Shown: positions 10,239 through 19,352, counted from the first letter of the stretch. The stretch: 64,000 bases of DNA from Parcubacteria group bacterium (GCA_041661275.1 JBAZUU010000004.1:71480-135479); one strand, 5' to 3'. Notes: generated by a model not told the origin, from the letters alone. A program made the numbers and translations.

Positions 10239-10811
10239 ATGATTTTAGGGATCAAAGAGCTTCACCGGTTGGTTTCCGAACAAAAATTGGTAGAAAATTT
10301 GTGCGAGCGGGAAATGAATAATCCGGAAGGAGCGGGGTTTGATTTGCGACTGGGAGAAGTGTATGAAATGGTAAGTGACCCTTCGACAGGCTCAGGGCAA
10401 GATGGGTTCCTGGGAGTAGAAGAAAGGCAGACGCCGGAAATTAAGCTTGTTGCTAAAGATGATCCGACAAAAGAAGAAGCAGAAAATTTTTTTGTGTTCG
10501 AACCGGGAAAATATTATCTCATAAAAACGATGGAGAAAGTGAATCTGCCAGTAACACTTTCCGGAATAATTTTTCCGCGGACAACTATGTTTCGCTCGGG
10601 GCTGGGACTGTTTAATGGTGTGGTGCAACCCGGTTATCAAGGCGAACTGACTTTTGGCGTTTGCAATCTTGGAAAGAGCAATATAAAAGTTTCTTTTGGC
10701 GCTCGCGTGGTGCATATCACATTCCACGAAGTTTTGGGAGAAGGCAACCAATACCGCGGACAGTGGCAAGGCGGAAGAGTGGCAACGGGAGGGAAAGAAG
10801 TGCAGGTTTAA
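10239..10811 (+). CDS. dCTP deaminase / trimeric dUTPase family protein
   Basis: GFDLRL, E.VNLP, PRTTMFRSG, PGYQGELT, YRGQWQG. Confidence 0.8.
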   Translation: MILGIKELHRLVSEQKLVENLCEREMNNPEGAGFDLRLGEVYEMVSDPSTGSGQDGFLGVEERQTPEIKLVAKDDPTKEEAENFFVFEPGKYYLIKTMEKVNLPVTLSGIIFPRTTMFRSGLGLFNGVVQPGYQGELTFGVCNLGKSNIKVSFGARVVHITFHEVLGEGNQYRGQWQGGRVATGGKEVQV

Positions 10812-10876
10812 TATTTCTTCATAAATTAATTAAGACCCGCCGATGACGGGTCTTTTTTAATTTCGTAAATTCTACG

Positions 10877-11560
10877 TTATTTGACAGCGTTGATCAGTTC
10901 TTCCGTAAGAGACGGGTCGAGATTGTAAAAATTCCGGCTAATACTTGTAGCAACCAAAAAGAACTGGCATTCAGGGTAAAGTTTTACATTTTCAACGCTG
11001 ATGCCGCTAGCTATCGCCAATGGAACATTGCCAGCGACTTTCTTCATGCGGCTGATCTTTTCAGGATCGGGCGGGCTTCCTGTTTTCCTCCCACTTGTGG
11101 TTATAACGTCCATGTAGCGTATTGCTAGTTCAGTCGCTCTTTCAACGTTATCGACAAGTGATTGATACTTGAAAGCTACTCCGCCAAAATACATTCCCTT
11201 CCAGCCACTTTTTTTTCTAGCCATTGCTATGAGCTCGGGCTCATTTTGATGTTCAGTTTGTTCGTTGATCATGGCGTTGTCAGTCCAAATGGCGGAGGCG
11301 CTTTCTGGAATAACCTCGAAAACCTCTCTTGGAGCAAGGTCTAAAAAATTCAGACCGATCCACCAGTCAGGAAAAATATTTCGAACGGCCTGATAAATGT
11401 AAAGCAGATCGTTACACAAGATATTGTGGTTGATTAAAAAAATCCCGTCGCAACCAGCTCTCTTAGCGATGGTTGCATTGGCCAAGGCTTGATTAACATT
11501 GCTTACATGAATTACGGGCAATACAACATGCTTTTTGTCGGGAAAATCATTTTTTGGCAT
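10877..11560 (-). CDS. BtpA/SgcQ-like TIM-barrel protein
   Basis: LPVIH, GLNFL, GGVAFKYQ, TTSG..TG, IASGISVENV; GGAGGT SD 7 nt before ATG 11560. Confidence 0.65.
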   Translation of the reverse strand: MPKNDFPDKKHVVLPVIHVSNVNQALANATIAKRAGCDGIFLINHNILCNDLLYIYQAVRNIFPDWWIGLNFLDLAPREVFEVIPESASAIWTDNAMINEQTEHQNEPELIAMARKKSGWKGMYFGGVAFKYQSLVDNVERATELAIRYMDVITTSGRKTGSPPDPEKISRMKKVAGNVPLAIASGISVENVKLYPECQFFLVATSISRNFYNLDPSLTEELINAVK

Positions 11561-11721
11561 CGCTATTACCTCCATAAGGGTTTATAATGAACTTTTTATC
11601 CAAAAGCAACGTTAGCTTGTAGATTATATCAGATTAAAATAGAATATAGTTATTGTCAATGAAACAAGTTGCCAGCCGTCATTTTTTTGGTTAGAATAAG
11701 AAAGTACTAAATATAGCAATT

Positions 11722-13197
11722 ATGGCCAAATATACACCAGTCATTGGAATGGAAGTTCATGTGGAGTTGAAAACTGCTTCCAAGATGTTTTGTGATTCTA
11801 AAAATGGCTTGGGATTGGAAAGGGAACCGAACGTGAACATTTGTCCTGTTTGTACTGGCCAGCCAGGAACATTGCCAGTGCCTAATGCTGAAGCGATAAA
11901 ATTCGTTCAGATGGCCGGGCTGGCTTTGAATTGCGAACTCAATCTCAGTACTAAATTTGATAGAAAAAATTATTTTTATCCAGACCTTCCGAAAGGTTAT
12001 CAGATATCCCAATACGACCAACCACTTTGCGGAAAGGGAAGTCTGAAAATAAACGGGAAAGAAATTGGAATAACCAGGATCCATCTGGAAGAAGATACGG
12101 GAAAGCTTATTCATCCCAAAGGTGTGGATTATACCTTGGTAGATTTTAATCGGGCTGGCGTGCCGCTTATGGAGCTGGTAACTGAACCGGATATTGAATC
12201 GGGGGAAGAAGCCAGGATTTTTTGTCAAAAATTACAACAAATATGTCGATACTTAGGTATTTCTGATGCTGATATGGAAAAAGGAATGATGAGATGCGAA
12301 GCCAACATCTCGGTCTATAGAAAGGGCGAAGATAAACTCTCTGGAACGAAAGTGGAAGTGAAAAACATCAACTCTTTCAAGTTTGTGGAAAAGGCTATTG
12401 CTTATGAAATAGAAAGACAGATCGAAGTTCTGGAATCGGGGAAAAAAGTGGTTCAGGAAACACGCGGCTATGATTCTAATAGGAGCGCGACAGTATCACA
12501 AAGGACAAAAGAATCCGCCCATGACTACCGCTATTTCCCAGAGCCGGACATTCCGCCGCTAAAATTCACTAAGGATTATTTTGATGATTTGAAAAAACAT
12601 CTTCCGGAATTGCCGGAGGCAAAAATAATCCGCATAAAAGAGGAATATAAATTACCCGAAGCTGATGTGGAGATAATTGTTTCTGATAAAGACCTGGCTG
12701 ATTATTTTGAAGATGTAGTCAGTGAACTCAAAGAAAAGATAAGCTGCAAAGAATTCGAGGTTGATGAGAAAAAAGCAATAAAACTGGCGGCTAACTATAT
12801 TATCACTGAACTGCGAAAACACCTGACCGAACATAATCATGGTATAGCCGACATAGAAATCACTCCGGAAAATTATGCGGAACTCATTTGTATTGTGGCC
12901 AGTGGAAAAATAAATTCCAGCGCGGCGCAGACAGTTCTCGCTGAAATGTACAAAACCGGTGGCGATCCGTCACAGATAATAGAGTCAAAAAATTTGGCGC
13001 AGGTGAGTGATGAGGAAGAGCTGGAAAAAATAGTGGAAAGAATAATTTCTGATAATCAGCAGTCCGCGGACGATTATAAGGCGGGAAAAGAAAACGCGTT
13101 GAAATTTTTGATGGGACAGGTAATGAAGGAAACGAAAGGGAAGGCTAACCCGCAGGTTGTCGGAGAAATTTTGAAAAATAAATTGAGTATTAAATAA
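11722..13197 (+). CDS. gatB: Asp-tRNA(Asn)/Glu-tRNA(Gln) amidotransferase subunit B
   Basis: IGMEVHVEL, FDRKNYFYPDLPKGYQISQ, HLEEDTGK, DYRYFPEPD, GQVMKETKGKANP. Confidence 0.98.
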   Translation: MAKYTPVIGMEVHVELKTASKMFCDSKNGLGLEREPNVNICPVCTGQPGTLPVPNAEAIKFVQMAGLALNCELNLSTKFDRKNYFYPDLPKGYQISQYDQPLCGKGSLKINGKEIGITRIHLEEDTGKLIHPKGVDYTLVDFNRAGVPLMELVTEPDIESGEEARIFCQKLQQICRYLGISDADMEKGMMRCEANISVYRKGEDKLSGTKVEVKNINSFKFVEKAIAYEIERQIEVLESGKKVVQETRGYDSNRSATVSQRTKESAHDYRYFPEPDIPPLKFTKDYFDDLKKHLPELPEAKIIRIKEEYKLPEADVEIIVSDKDLADYFEDVVSELKEKISCKEFEVDEKKAIKLAANYIITELRKHLTEHNHGIADIEITPENYAELICIVASGKINSSAAQTVLAEMYKTGGDPSQIIESKNLAQVSDEEELEKIVERIISDNQQSADDYKAGKENALKFLMGQVMKETKGKANPQVVGEILKNKLSIK

Positions 13198-13255
13198 AAA
13201 GAGGGGGTTCGCCAACGAGCGGACGTTTTGTTAACCTAAACGGAGGGGATGCGTA

Positions 13256-13444
13256 ATGACGGTTTGTCAGAAAAGAGGGGAAGGGACAGGGAGCGAGGGT
13301 GACTGCTTATGTATCAAGTGTGATAGTCACCTTGGTCCAATCCTGTGTGACAAGGGGAGTTGCGGGAAGTGCAGTGTTCACATCATAACCCATGATGAAT
13401 GCGTCATGGCAAGGAGCTCCTGCATTCCCAAGGATCAATACTAG
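13256..13444 (+). CDS. Small Cys-rich orphan protein (9 Cys in 62 aa)
   Basis: GGAGG SD upstream; CxCxxC and CxxC patterns; downstream hairpin agtcccggg...ctcgggact. Confidence 0.5.
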   Translation: MTVCQKRGEGTGSEGDCLCIKCDSHLGPILCDKGSCGKCSVHIITHDECVMARSSCIPKDQY

Positions 13445-13656
13445 GCGATGTCGTCAAAAAAGTCCCGGGCCAAGCCTCGGGACTAAAATTTATACAGTTG
13501 ACGAGTTTTCTATAGAGTGCTATGATGGTTAAAATATGAAAAGCTACAGGAAGCGAAAGAAATATCCACTAGCGATTAAAACAATTTTTATAGTTTTCCG
13601 ATAAAACCCCGAGAGGGGATTTTTTTTTCGTCCTTTTACAAAAAAAGGGAGGTTTT

Positions 13657-13869
13657 ATGAGAAGAAAGCATATAAGTAATGTCATTGAAAATGGTCACAG
13701 TACACGTTGCCTGATTTGCGGAAAAATAAAGCCGGCAATCATAGTTGAGGTTAGCCTGGAAGATGGAAAAGTGATAAATCTTTGCAATCTGGACGCGTGC
13801 AAAATTTGTTTTTGGAAAAGCTGTTTTTTGCGAAGTCAATTTTGTATCGGCCAGGGTATCAGTGATTAA
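13657..13869 (+). CDS. Small Cys-rich orphan protein (possible zinc binder)
   Basis: GGGAGGT SD; CLIC ... CNLDACKIC. Confidence 0.5.
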   Translation: MRRKHISNVIENGHSTRCLICGKIKPAIIVEVSLEDGKVINLCNLDACKICFWKSCFLRSQFCIGQGISD

Positions 13870-13917
13870 CCGCAACGCGGTTTGGGCGTATGATAGTCCA
13901 ACCTATCATATTGCCCT

Positions 13918-14925
13918 TTATTTTTTCAAAAATTTATTTATTTCCGATTCTGTCTTTTTATACTCGTCAATCCATTTTATACGCGTATCTTTTCTGAACC
14001 ACGTCATCTGCCGTTTGGCATAGTCTTTTTCAGCTCGGAGTATTTTTTGAAATAGTTCCTCCTTGGTTGCGATCTCACCTCTGAGATACTTAGGAATCAA
14101 AAAGTATCCAAGACCAAAGCTTTCTATTTTTTTCCAGGACAGTTTTTCTTTGGAATGTAAATTTTCCACTTCCCTTATCATTCCTTTCGCGAATCTTTTT
14201 CGAAGACGTTTTTCAATGTTTTGGTGGAGTTTTTCTTTGGGGAGATTGATGCCGATCTGGAGAAAGTTATAATTACGTGGTTTTAATTTAGAACCCTCTC
14301 CTGTCGCGAAGACGCGACATCCTCTCCCGAGGGGAGAGGAGGAATTTCTTCTTCCACCCTCTCCCTTCGGGAGAGGGTCATTCGACGAAGTCGAATGGGG
14401 AGAGGGAACCTTACCTAACGTCTTACAAATTTCTATGGCTCTTATTAACCGTACTTTGTTTTTGGCGTCAATACTTTTGGCTCGCTGGGGATCTAGTTTT
14501 TTTAGCATTGTGAATAATTTTTCCGCCGAATAATTACGTAAATAATTACGTAATTTCCAATCAGGTTTTACTTCCGGGTAGATTACATTATCAACAATGG
14601 CTTTTATCCAAAAGCCAGTGCCTCCACAGATAATGGGCAATTTCCCACGTTTCAGGATATCCTTAATAATCTTTTCGGCATCTTTTTTAAATTTAGCGGC
14701 GTTGTAATTTGTTCGCGGACTGACGATATCAATCATATAATGTTTAGCTAGCTTCTGTTCAGCTTTAGTAATCTTACCTGTTCCAATATCCAGTCCGCGA
14801 TAGATTTGTCTTGAGTCAGCGGAAATAATTTCACCGTTGAATTTTTTGGCAAGTCGAATTGCCACATCCGATTTTCCGGAAGATGTGGAGCCGAGGATGA
14901 CGATTATCTTATTATTTCCTTCCAT
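13918..14925 (-). CDS. miaA: tRNA dimethylallyltransferase, with in-frame palindromic insertion
   Basis: GSTSSGKS, IISADSRQIY, CGGTGFW, RLIRAIE, YAKRQMTWF. Confidence 0.95.
   Translation of the reverse strand: MEGNNKIIVILGSTSSGKSDVAIRLAKKFNGEIISADSRQIYRGLDIGTGKITKAEQKLAKHYMIDIVSPRTNYNAAKFKKDAEKIIKDILKRGKLPIICGGTGFWIKAIVDNVIYPEVKPDWKLRNYLRNYSAEKLFTMLKKLDPQRAKSIDAKNKVRLIRAIEICKTLGKVPSPHSTSSNDPLPKGEGGRRNSSSPLGRGCRVFATGEGSKLKPRNYNFLQIGINLPKEKLHQNIEKRLRKRFAKGMIREVENLHSKEKLSWKKIESFGLGYFLIPKYLRGEIATKEELFQKILRAEKDYAKRQMTWFRKDTRIKWIDEYKKTESEINKFLKK
14294..14406. repeat. Paired ccctctccc/gggagaggg palindromic element inside miaA
   Basis: Two inverted GC-rich hairpin units; related units at 24557-24624 and 54688-54738. 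Confidence 0.8.
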
Positions 14926-16159
14926 ATCTTATTAACTCTCTTAAGACTTTTTCTCTCCTTTTCTTTTCCGGCAAATCGACCGTTTCTTTCATCTTCCACG
15001 CGGCAGTATCGGGGCGGGGAGAATATTTATTGATATATGCTTCATTGTAGCTGACAGTTTTGAAAACTTTTATTGACTCGGAGAAATCCTTTTTGGCTTC
15101 ACCCGGGAAGCCGACGATTATGTCAGTAGTAAATTCGGCTTCTGGAATTATTTTTTTTATCTTTTTAATGAGATTCAGATAATACTTTTGCGTGTATGGT
15201 CGGTTCATGGCCTTGAGAATCTTGTCGCTTCCAGCCTGGACAGGCAAATGGATCTCTCGGGAAATATTTTTGTTTTTGGCAATAACTTTTATCAGTTCGT
15301 TAGAAAAATCTTTGGGGTGAGAGGTTAAAAACTTGAAGCGAATTTGAGGGTTTGATTTGGCAAGGTAATCCAAGAGTTTCGGAAAGTCTACAGTGACAGA
15401 ATTTTTAATTTTTAATTTTAAATTTTTAATCAATTTTAAATTTCCTAATTTTGAATTTTTAAACTCATAGTTATAACTATTAACGTTCTGTCCGAGAAGA
15501 GTTATTTCTTTGCAGTCATTTTTTGTCAGCGATTTTATTTCTTTGATAATATCTTCTACGGGTCTCGAAATCTCTCTACCTCTGGCGTAGGGGACGACGC
15601 AATAGGAGCAGAAGTTGTTACAGCCGGTCATTATCGGCACGTACACTTTATTGTTGTTAATGTATTTTGGAATAATATCCAAATAAGAACCGTCATTCTG
15701 AGCGGAATGACCCCGCCCTTGGCGGGGGAATGTAGCCGAAGAATCTGCCTTTTGGGTTTTCTGGTTATATTTTTTAGTAGATCCTTCGACTACGTTCCGA
15801 TAAGAATCGGAACTTCGCTCAGGATGACGGACTAAGAGAGGTTTTAATTTTTCCGGAAAATTATTTATATTACAGAATAAATCAACCTTATCTTCTAATC
15901 TTCTTTGCACGTCTTTTCTGTCGGCAAGGCAGCCGGTGAGGATGATAGTAATTTTTGGGTTTGATTTTCGTAGATTATGCACAAGTCCATAAACCCTATT
16001 TTCCGCCGACTGACGCACGCCGCAAGTATTGAAAATCACCAAGTTGGCCTGGTTTATATCTTTGGTTGGTTTAATTCTATGCGTTTCTAGAAACCCAGCA
16101 ATTCGCTCGGAATCGCTTTCATTCATTTGACAGCCGAAAGTTTTGATGTAATATTTCAT
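14912..16159 (-). CDS. miaB: tRNA methylthiotransferase MiaB (radical SAM); no TRAM domain evident; two in-frame insertions
   Basis: TFGCQMN, NTCGVR, TGCLA, GCNNFCSYCVVPYARG, LLGQNVNSY, DIIVGFPGE, YSPRPDT; adjacent to miaA. Confidence 0.9.
   Translation of the reverse strand: MKYYIKTFGCQMNESDSERIAGFLETHRIKPTKDINQANLVIFNTCGVRQSAENRVYGLVHNLRKSNPKITIILTGCLADRKDVQRRLEDKVDLFCNINNFPEKLKPLLVRHPERSSDSYRNVVEGSTKKYNQKTQKADSSATFPRQGRGHSAQNDGSYLDIIPKYINNNKVYVPIMTGCNNFCSYCVVPYARGREISRPVEDIIKEIKSLTKNDCKEITLLGQNVNSYNYEFKNSKLGNLKLIKNLKLKIKNSVTVDFPKLLDYLAKSNPQIRFKFLTSHPKDFSNELIKVIAKNKNISREIHLPVQAGSDKILKAMNRPYTQKYYLNLIKKIKKIIPEAEFTTDIIVGFPGEAKKDFSESIKVFKTVSYNEAYINKYSPRPDTAAWKMKETVDLPEKKRREKVLRELIRYGRK
15690..15830. 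repeat. Cruciform cgtcattctgagcg...cgctcaggatgacg element, copy 1 (141 bp, in-frame in miaB)
   Basis: Shares outer and inner stems with copies at 27905, 29127, 46943, 54384 and 58546. Confidence 0.9.
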
Positions 16160-16230
16160 AGAAGTTCTTGTGGGTAAAGTGGTATCCATTAGGATACTAA
16201 AATATTAACGAATTATCAAGGAGGATGGCC

Positions 16231-16431
16231 ATGGAACGAGGTGAAGAAATCACTCCCAAAGAGAGAGAAATTTGGGAAAGGAGAGGCGTATATTACTTCG
16301 TTTTCCAAACAAGCGACAGGGGTCTCTATATGGAAGGCCCTAATGGATCATCTCGGCCCATTGAGGATGGGATGGCTCACGGAAAAAACGGCTGGACAAG
16401 GCATTCACCGCCGGTTGGGATTTTGGACTGA
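16231..16431 (+). CDS. Small orphan protein
   Basis: AAGGAGG SD; lies antisense between thrS and miaB. Confidence 0.5.
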   Translation: MERGEEITPKEREIWERRGVYYFVFQTSDRGLYMEGPNGSSRPIEDGMAHGKNGWTRHSPPVGILD

Positions 16432-16449
16432 AAATCAAGGAGATCTGTT

Positions 16450-16740
16450 ATGACGGTCAAAAGCATAAGAGAGATTTTATCAGAAGGAGGAACATTATTA
16501 CGAGTAGATATCGCAGGTCAAACGACCGCCGAATATGCTACGCATGCACGGCTGGATAGGTCTACTCTTTATCTCACATGTCCGACTCGCGGATTAGGGC
16601 TTAGCGATAATCTGGTTGATATCGCTTATGAGAAAAGGGTGCCTGCCGCAAAGGTTTGGGGTTTACGCTGGGTTTCTGTGCATGTAACAGCGTTTATCTT
16701 GAGGGAAGTTCAGCCAGACTCAGAATTATTTTTTAAGTAA
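16450..16740 (+). CDS. Small orphan protein
   Basis: AAGGAG SD; follows the previous ORF; shares a terminator-like hairpin (about 16773-16808) with convergent thrS. Confidence 0.5.
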   Translation: MTVKSIREILSEGGTLLRVDIAGQTTAEYATHARLDRSTLYLTCPTRGLGLSDNLVDIAYEKRVPAAKVWGLRWVSVHVTAFILREVQPDSELFFK

Positions 16741-16814
16741 AATAAGTTCTTTGAGTTTTTAAAACAGATAATAAAAAGGGCTGCGAATTGTGCAGCCCTA
16801 GTATTTTTTCTAGG

Positions 16815-18623
16815 TTATTTTTTTTCGTCAATTTCTTTTCTAATTTTTTCCACAAATTCATCTACTTTCAAAACCTCTTGCTCTTTTTGTCCTCGCGTTC
16901 TCACGGCAACTGTGCCATCCTTTTCTTCCTTTTCTCCCACCACAATCATATACGGAATTTTTTGCTTTTCCGCTTCGCGGATGCGTTTGCCGAGAGATTC
17001 GTCATCTTTGTTTATTTCTGCGCGTATATTATTTTCCTTCAGTTCCGCCAGTATCTTTTCGCCATATTTATTAAACTTTTCGGAAACTGGAATGATCATC
17101 ACTTGCACTGGGGATAGCCAAAGCGGAAACGCGCCGGCGTAGTGTTCAATGAGAACACCAATAAATCTTTCAAAAGATCCAAATAGTGCTCGATGTAGCA
17201 TATAAGGTTTTTCTTTTTCTCCTTTCTCATTAATAAAGCTCATAGCAAATTGTTCGGGCATATTAAAGTCGAATTGCAGTGTTGAACATTGCCATTCCCG
17301 TCCGATTGCATCCTTTACCTTAAAATCTAATTTTGGCCCATAAAATACCGCGCCGCCCACATCTTTAGTTATGTTTAATTTCTTTTCTTTTGCAACTTCT
17401 TCTAAAACTTTTTCTGTGAATTTCCACCCATCTTCTGTTCCGGCATATTTTTCATTTTTAGGATCTCGAACTGAAAGATAAACATTAACATCATCTATCG
17501 CGAATCCAAAAGATTTATAAATGAACAAAATAAAATCTACCACTTTTTCAAGTTCCTGTTTGACCTGGTCAACCCGGCAAATTATATGAGCATCATCTTG
17601 GGTAAAGCCTCGCACCCGAGTTAATCCAGAGAGTTCGCCTTTTTTCTCATAGCGATACACTGTGCCACATTCTGCCCAGCGAAAGGGGAGCTCCCGATAA
17701 GAGTGCAGGTTAGAATTAAAAATTTGAATGTGGAAGGGGCAGTTCATTGGTTTTAGGAGAAACTGTTCTGGCGCTTTAGCTTTTTTCCCTTCCTGGCTAT
17801 CTCTCAAAGTCTGACCAACTTCCATTGGAGGATACATGCTTTCGTTATAGAAACCCCAATGGCCAGAAGTTTCCCAAAGAGTCCGGTTTCCGATATGTGG
17901 AGAGCGAACAAGCTCATAACCATTTTTTAAATGCTCGGCATACCAAAAATCTTCAATAACTCGCCAAAGAATAGCGCCCTTTGGATGCCAAAGGGGAAGG
18001 CCAAGTCCAACTACTTCATCAATATGAAATAAATCCAGTTCTTTTCCTAATTTCCTATGATCTCTTTTTTCCGCTTCTTCCAGCATCTTTAGATACGCGT
18101 CCAGTTCTTTTTTATTCTCAAAAGCGACGCCATAGATCCGCTGGAGCATTTTGTTTTTTTCATCACCTCGCCAATAGGCGCCAGAAATCTTGGTGAGTTT
18201 AAAACTTTCTGGATTAATTTTTCCAGTAGATTCCACATGCGGGCCGGCGCAAAGGTCAACGAGATGGCCAGATTTATAAACGGAAACTTTTTTCTCGCCA
18301 GCTTTTTCCAGATCAGAAATAAGTTCAACTTTATAAACTTGGTCAGCTTCTTCGAATTTTTTTATGGCTTCGGCAATGGAAATTTCCGCCCGTTCAAATG
18401 GATGATCGGCTTTGATGATAGCTTTCATCTTTTCTTCCAAAATTTCCAAATCTTCCGGAATCAAAGTTCTTGGCAGATCAAAGTCATAATAGAATCCGTT
18501 TTCAATGGCCGGACCAATGGCCAGTTTCGCTTCGGGAAACATTTCCAAAACCGCCGCGGCCAAGACGTGGGACGCGCTGTGTCGAAGAGTTTCTAAATTG
18601 TTGGGTGTGGTTTTTCTTGACAT
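16815..18623 (-). CDS. thrS: Threonine--tRNA ligase (no N-terminal TGS domain)
   Basis: RHSASH, GFYYDF, DLCAGPHV, RDHRKLG, LKPMNCP, RVRGFTQDDAH, FYGPKLD, HRALFGSFERF. Confidence 0.98.
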   Translation of the reverse strand: MSRKTTPNNLETLRHSASHVLAAAVLEMFPEAKLAIGPAIENGFYYDFDLPRTLIPEDLEILEEKMKAIIKADHPFERAEISIAEAIKKFEEADQVYKVELISDLEKAGEKKVSVYKSGHLVDLCAGPHVESTGKINPESFKLTKISGAYWRGDEKNKMLQRIYGVAFENKKELDAYLKMLEEAEKRDHRKLGKELDLFHIDEVVGLGLPLWHPKGAILWRVIEDFWYAEHLKNGYELVRSPHIGNRTLWETSGHWGFYNESMYPPMEVGQTLRDSQEGKKAKAPEQFLLKPMNCPFHIQIFNSNLHSYRELPFRWAECGTVYRYEKKGELSGLTRVRGFTQDDAHIICRVDQVKQELEKVVDFILFIYKSFGFAIDDVNVYLSVRDPKNEKYAGTEDGWKFTEKVLEEVAKEKKLNITKDVGGAVFYGPKLDFKVKDAIGREWQCSTLQFDFNMPEQFAMSFINEKGEKEKPYMLHRALFGSFERFIGVLIEHYAGAFPLWLSPVQVMIIPVSEKFNKYGEKILAELKENNIRAEINKDDESLGKRIREAEKQKIPYMIVVGEKEEKDGTVAVRTRGQKEQEVLKVDEFVEKIRKEIDEKK

Positions 18624-18734
18624 ATATGCTTTTTTGTTAAATAATTTTAATTAGTTCCAAATATTAAGTTTTTTAAGTGTTTGCGAATCTATTAATGATC
18701 CTAATCTGTAAAGACTATACGAGGAGGAAGGCTT

Positions 18735-19034
18735 ATGTGCGGAGGAGCTGATATTGGTTACGATCTTGATGAGATCCAAGATAGTCAACTGTTTATTCTG
18801 GTCAAATGTCCTAAGTCTGGATGCAAGGGGTTAATTTCTATGACTCCTCGAGAGGTGCGCGTGGATTTTCCGGACTGTCCTGTTGGGGGCAATGTTCAGC
18901 TCAGATTTGATCAGGGGGAAAACATCTGTCCGGAGTGTGGAGATGCAGGTCTGCAGATAGATACGAAAATAATTAACTTTTCATTCTCCGATCAAGACTA
19001 TCGATCTCGCGCTGAACATTACGAATACCCATAA
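18735..19034 (+). CDS. Orphan zinc-ribbon-like protein lying antisense within the thrS leader
   Basis: GAGGAGG SD; CPKSGC ... CPEC. Confidence 0.55.
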   Translation: MCGGADIGYDLDEIQDSQLFILVKCPKSGCKGLISMTPREVRVDFPDCPVGGNVQLRFDQGENICPECGDAGLQIDTKIINFSFSDQDYRSRAEHYEYP

Positions 19035-19039
19035 ACGGC

Positions 19040-19251
19040 AAAACCCCGTCTCAAAAATTTGTCGAGAATAGCAATTCTCAAAAAACAAATTCTTGGGACG
19101 GGGCTCTTTTTATTTACGTAAATAATTACGTAATTAATTACTTACCTCGTGGTTCCACCCAAATTGCCCGACATATGTCGAACTACTCTTTAAGTTATAT
19201 CGTTAACTTACACCGGAGGTTCGGCGGATGGTTAGGCCGCGTCAACGCCTC
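19040..19251 (-). promoter_or_regulatory. T-box riboswitch (Thr) for thrS, terminator type, ultra-short Stem I
   Basis: Reverse complement contains AATTTGGGTGGAACCACG T-box, its CGTCCC partner, terminator CCCCGTCCCAAG...TTTGAGACGGGGTTTT, and a 5' stem GGCGTTGACGCGG-CCTAACCAT-CCGCCGAACC with ACC in the loop. Confidence 0.85.
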
Positions 19252-19269
19252 ATTTAGTTGTCACTATAT

Positions 19270-19298
19270 AACATACATAAAAACTGGAAAAAAGTCAA
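19270..19298 (-). promoter_or_regulatory. Sigma70-type promoter for the T-box/thrS leader
   Basis: TTGACT-N17-TATGTT on the minus strand just upstream of Stem I. Confidence 0.55.
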
Positions 19299-19352
19299 TT
19301 TTCAAAAACAAAATAGTGTGATAAGATAAAGAAAATTACTAACAAAAAACAT

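Noticed and set aside
11722-13197. gatB without adjacent gatA/gatC
   Set aside because: Dispersed gat genes are common; absence cannot be judged from one window.
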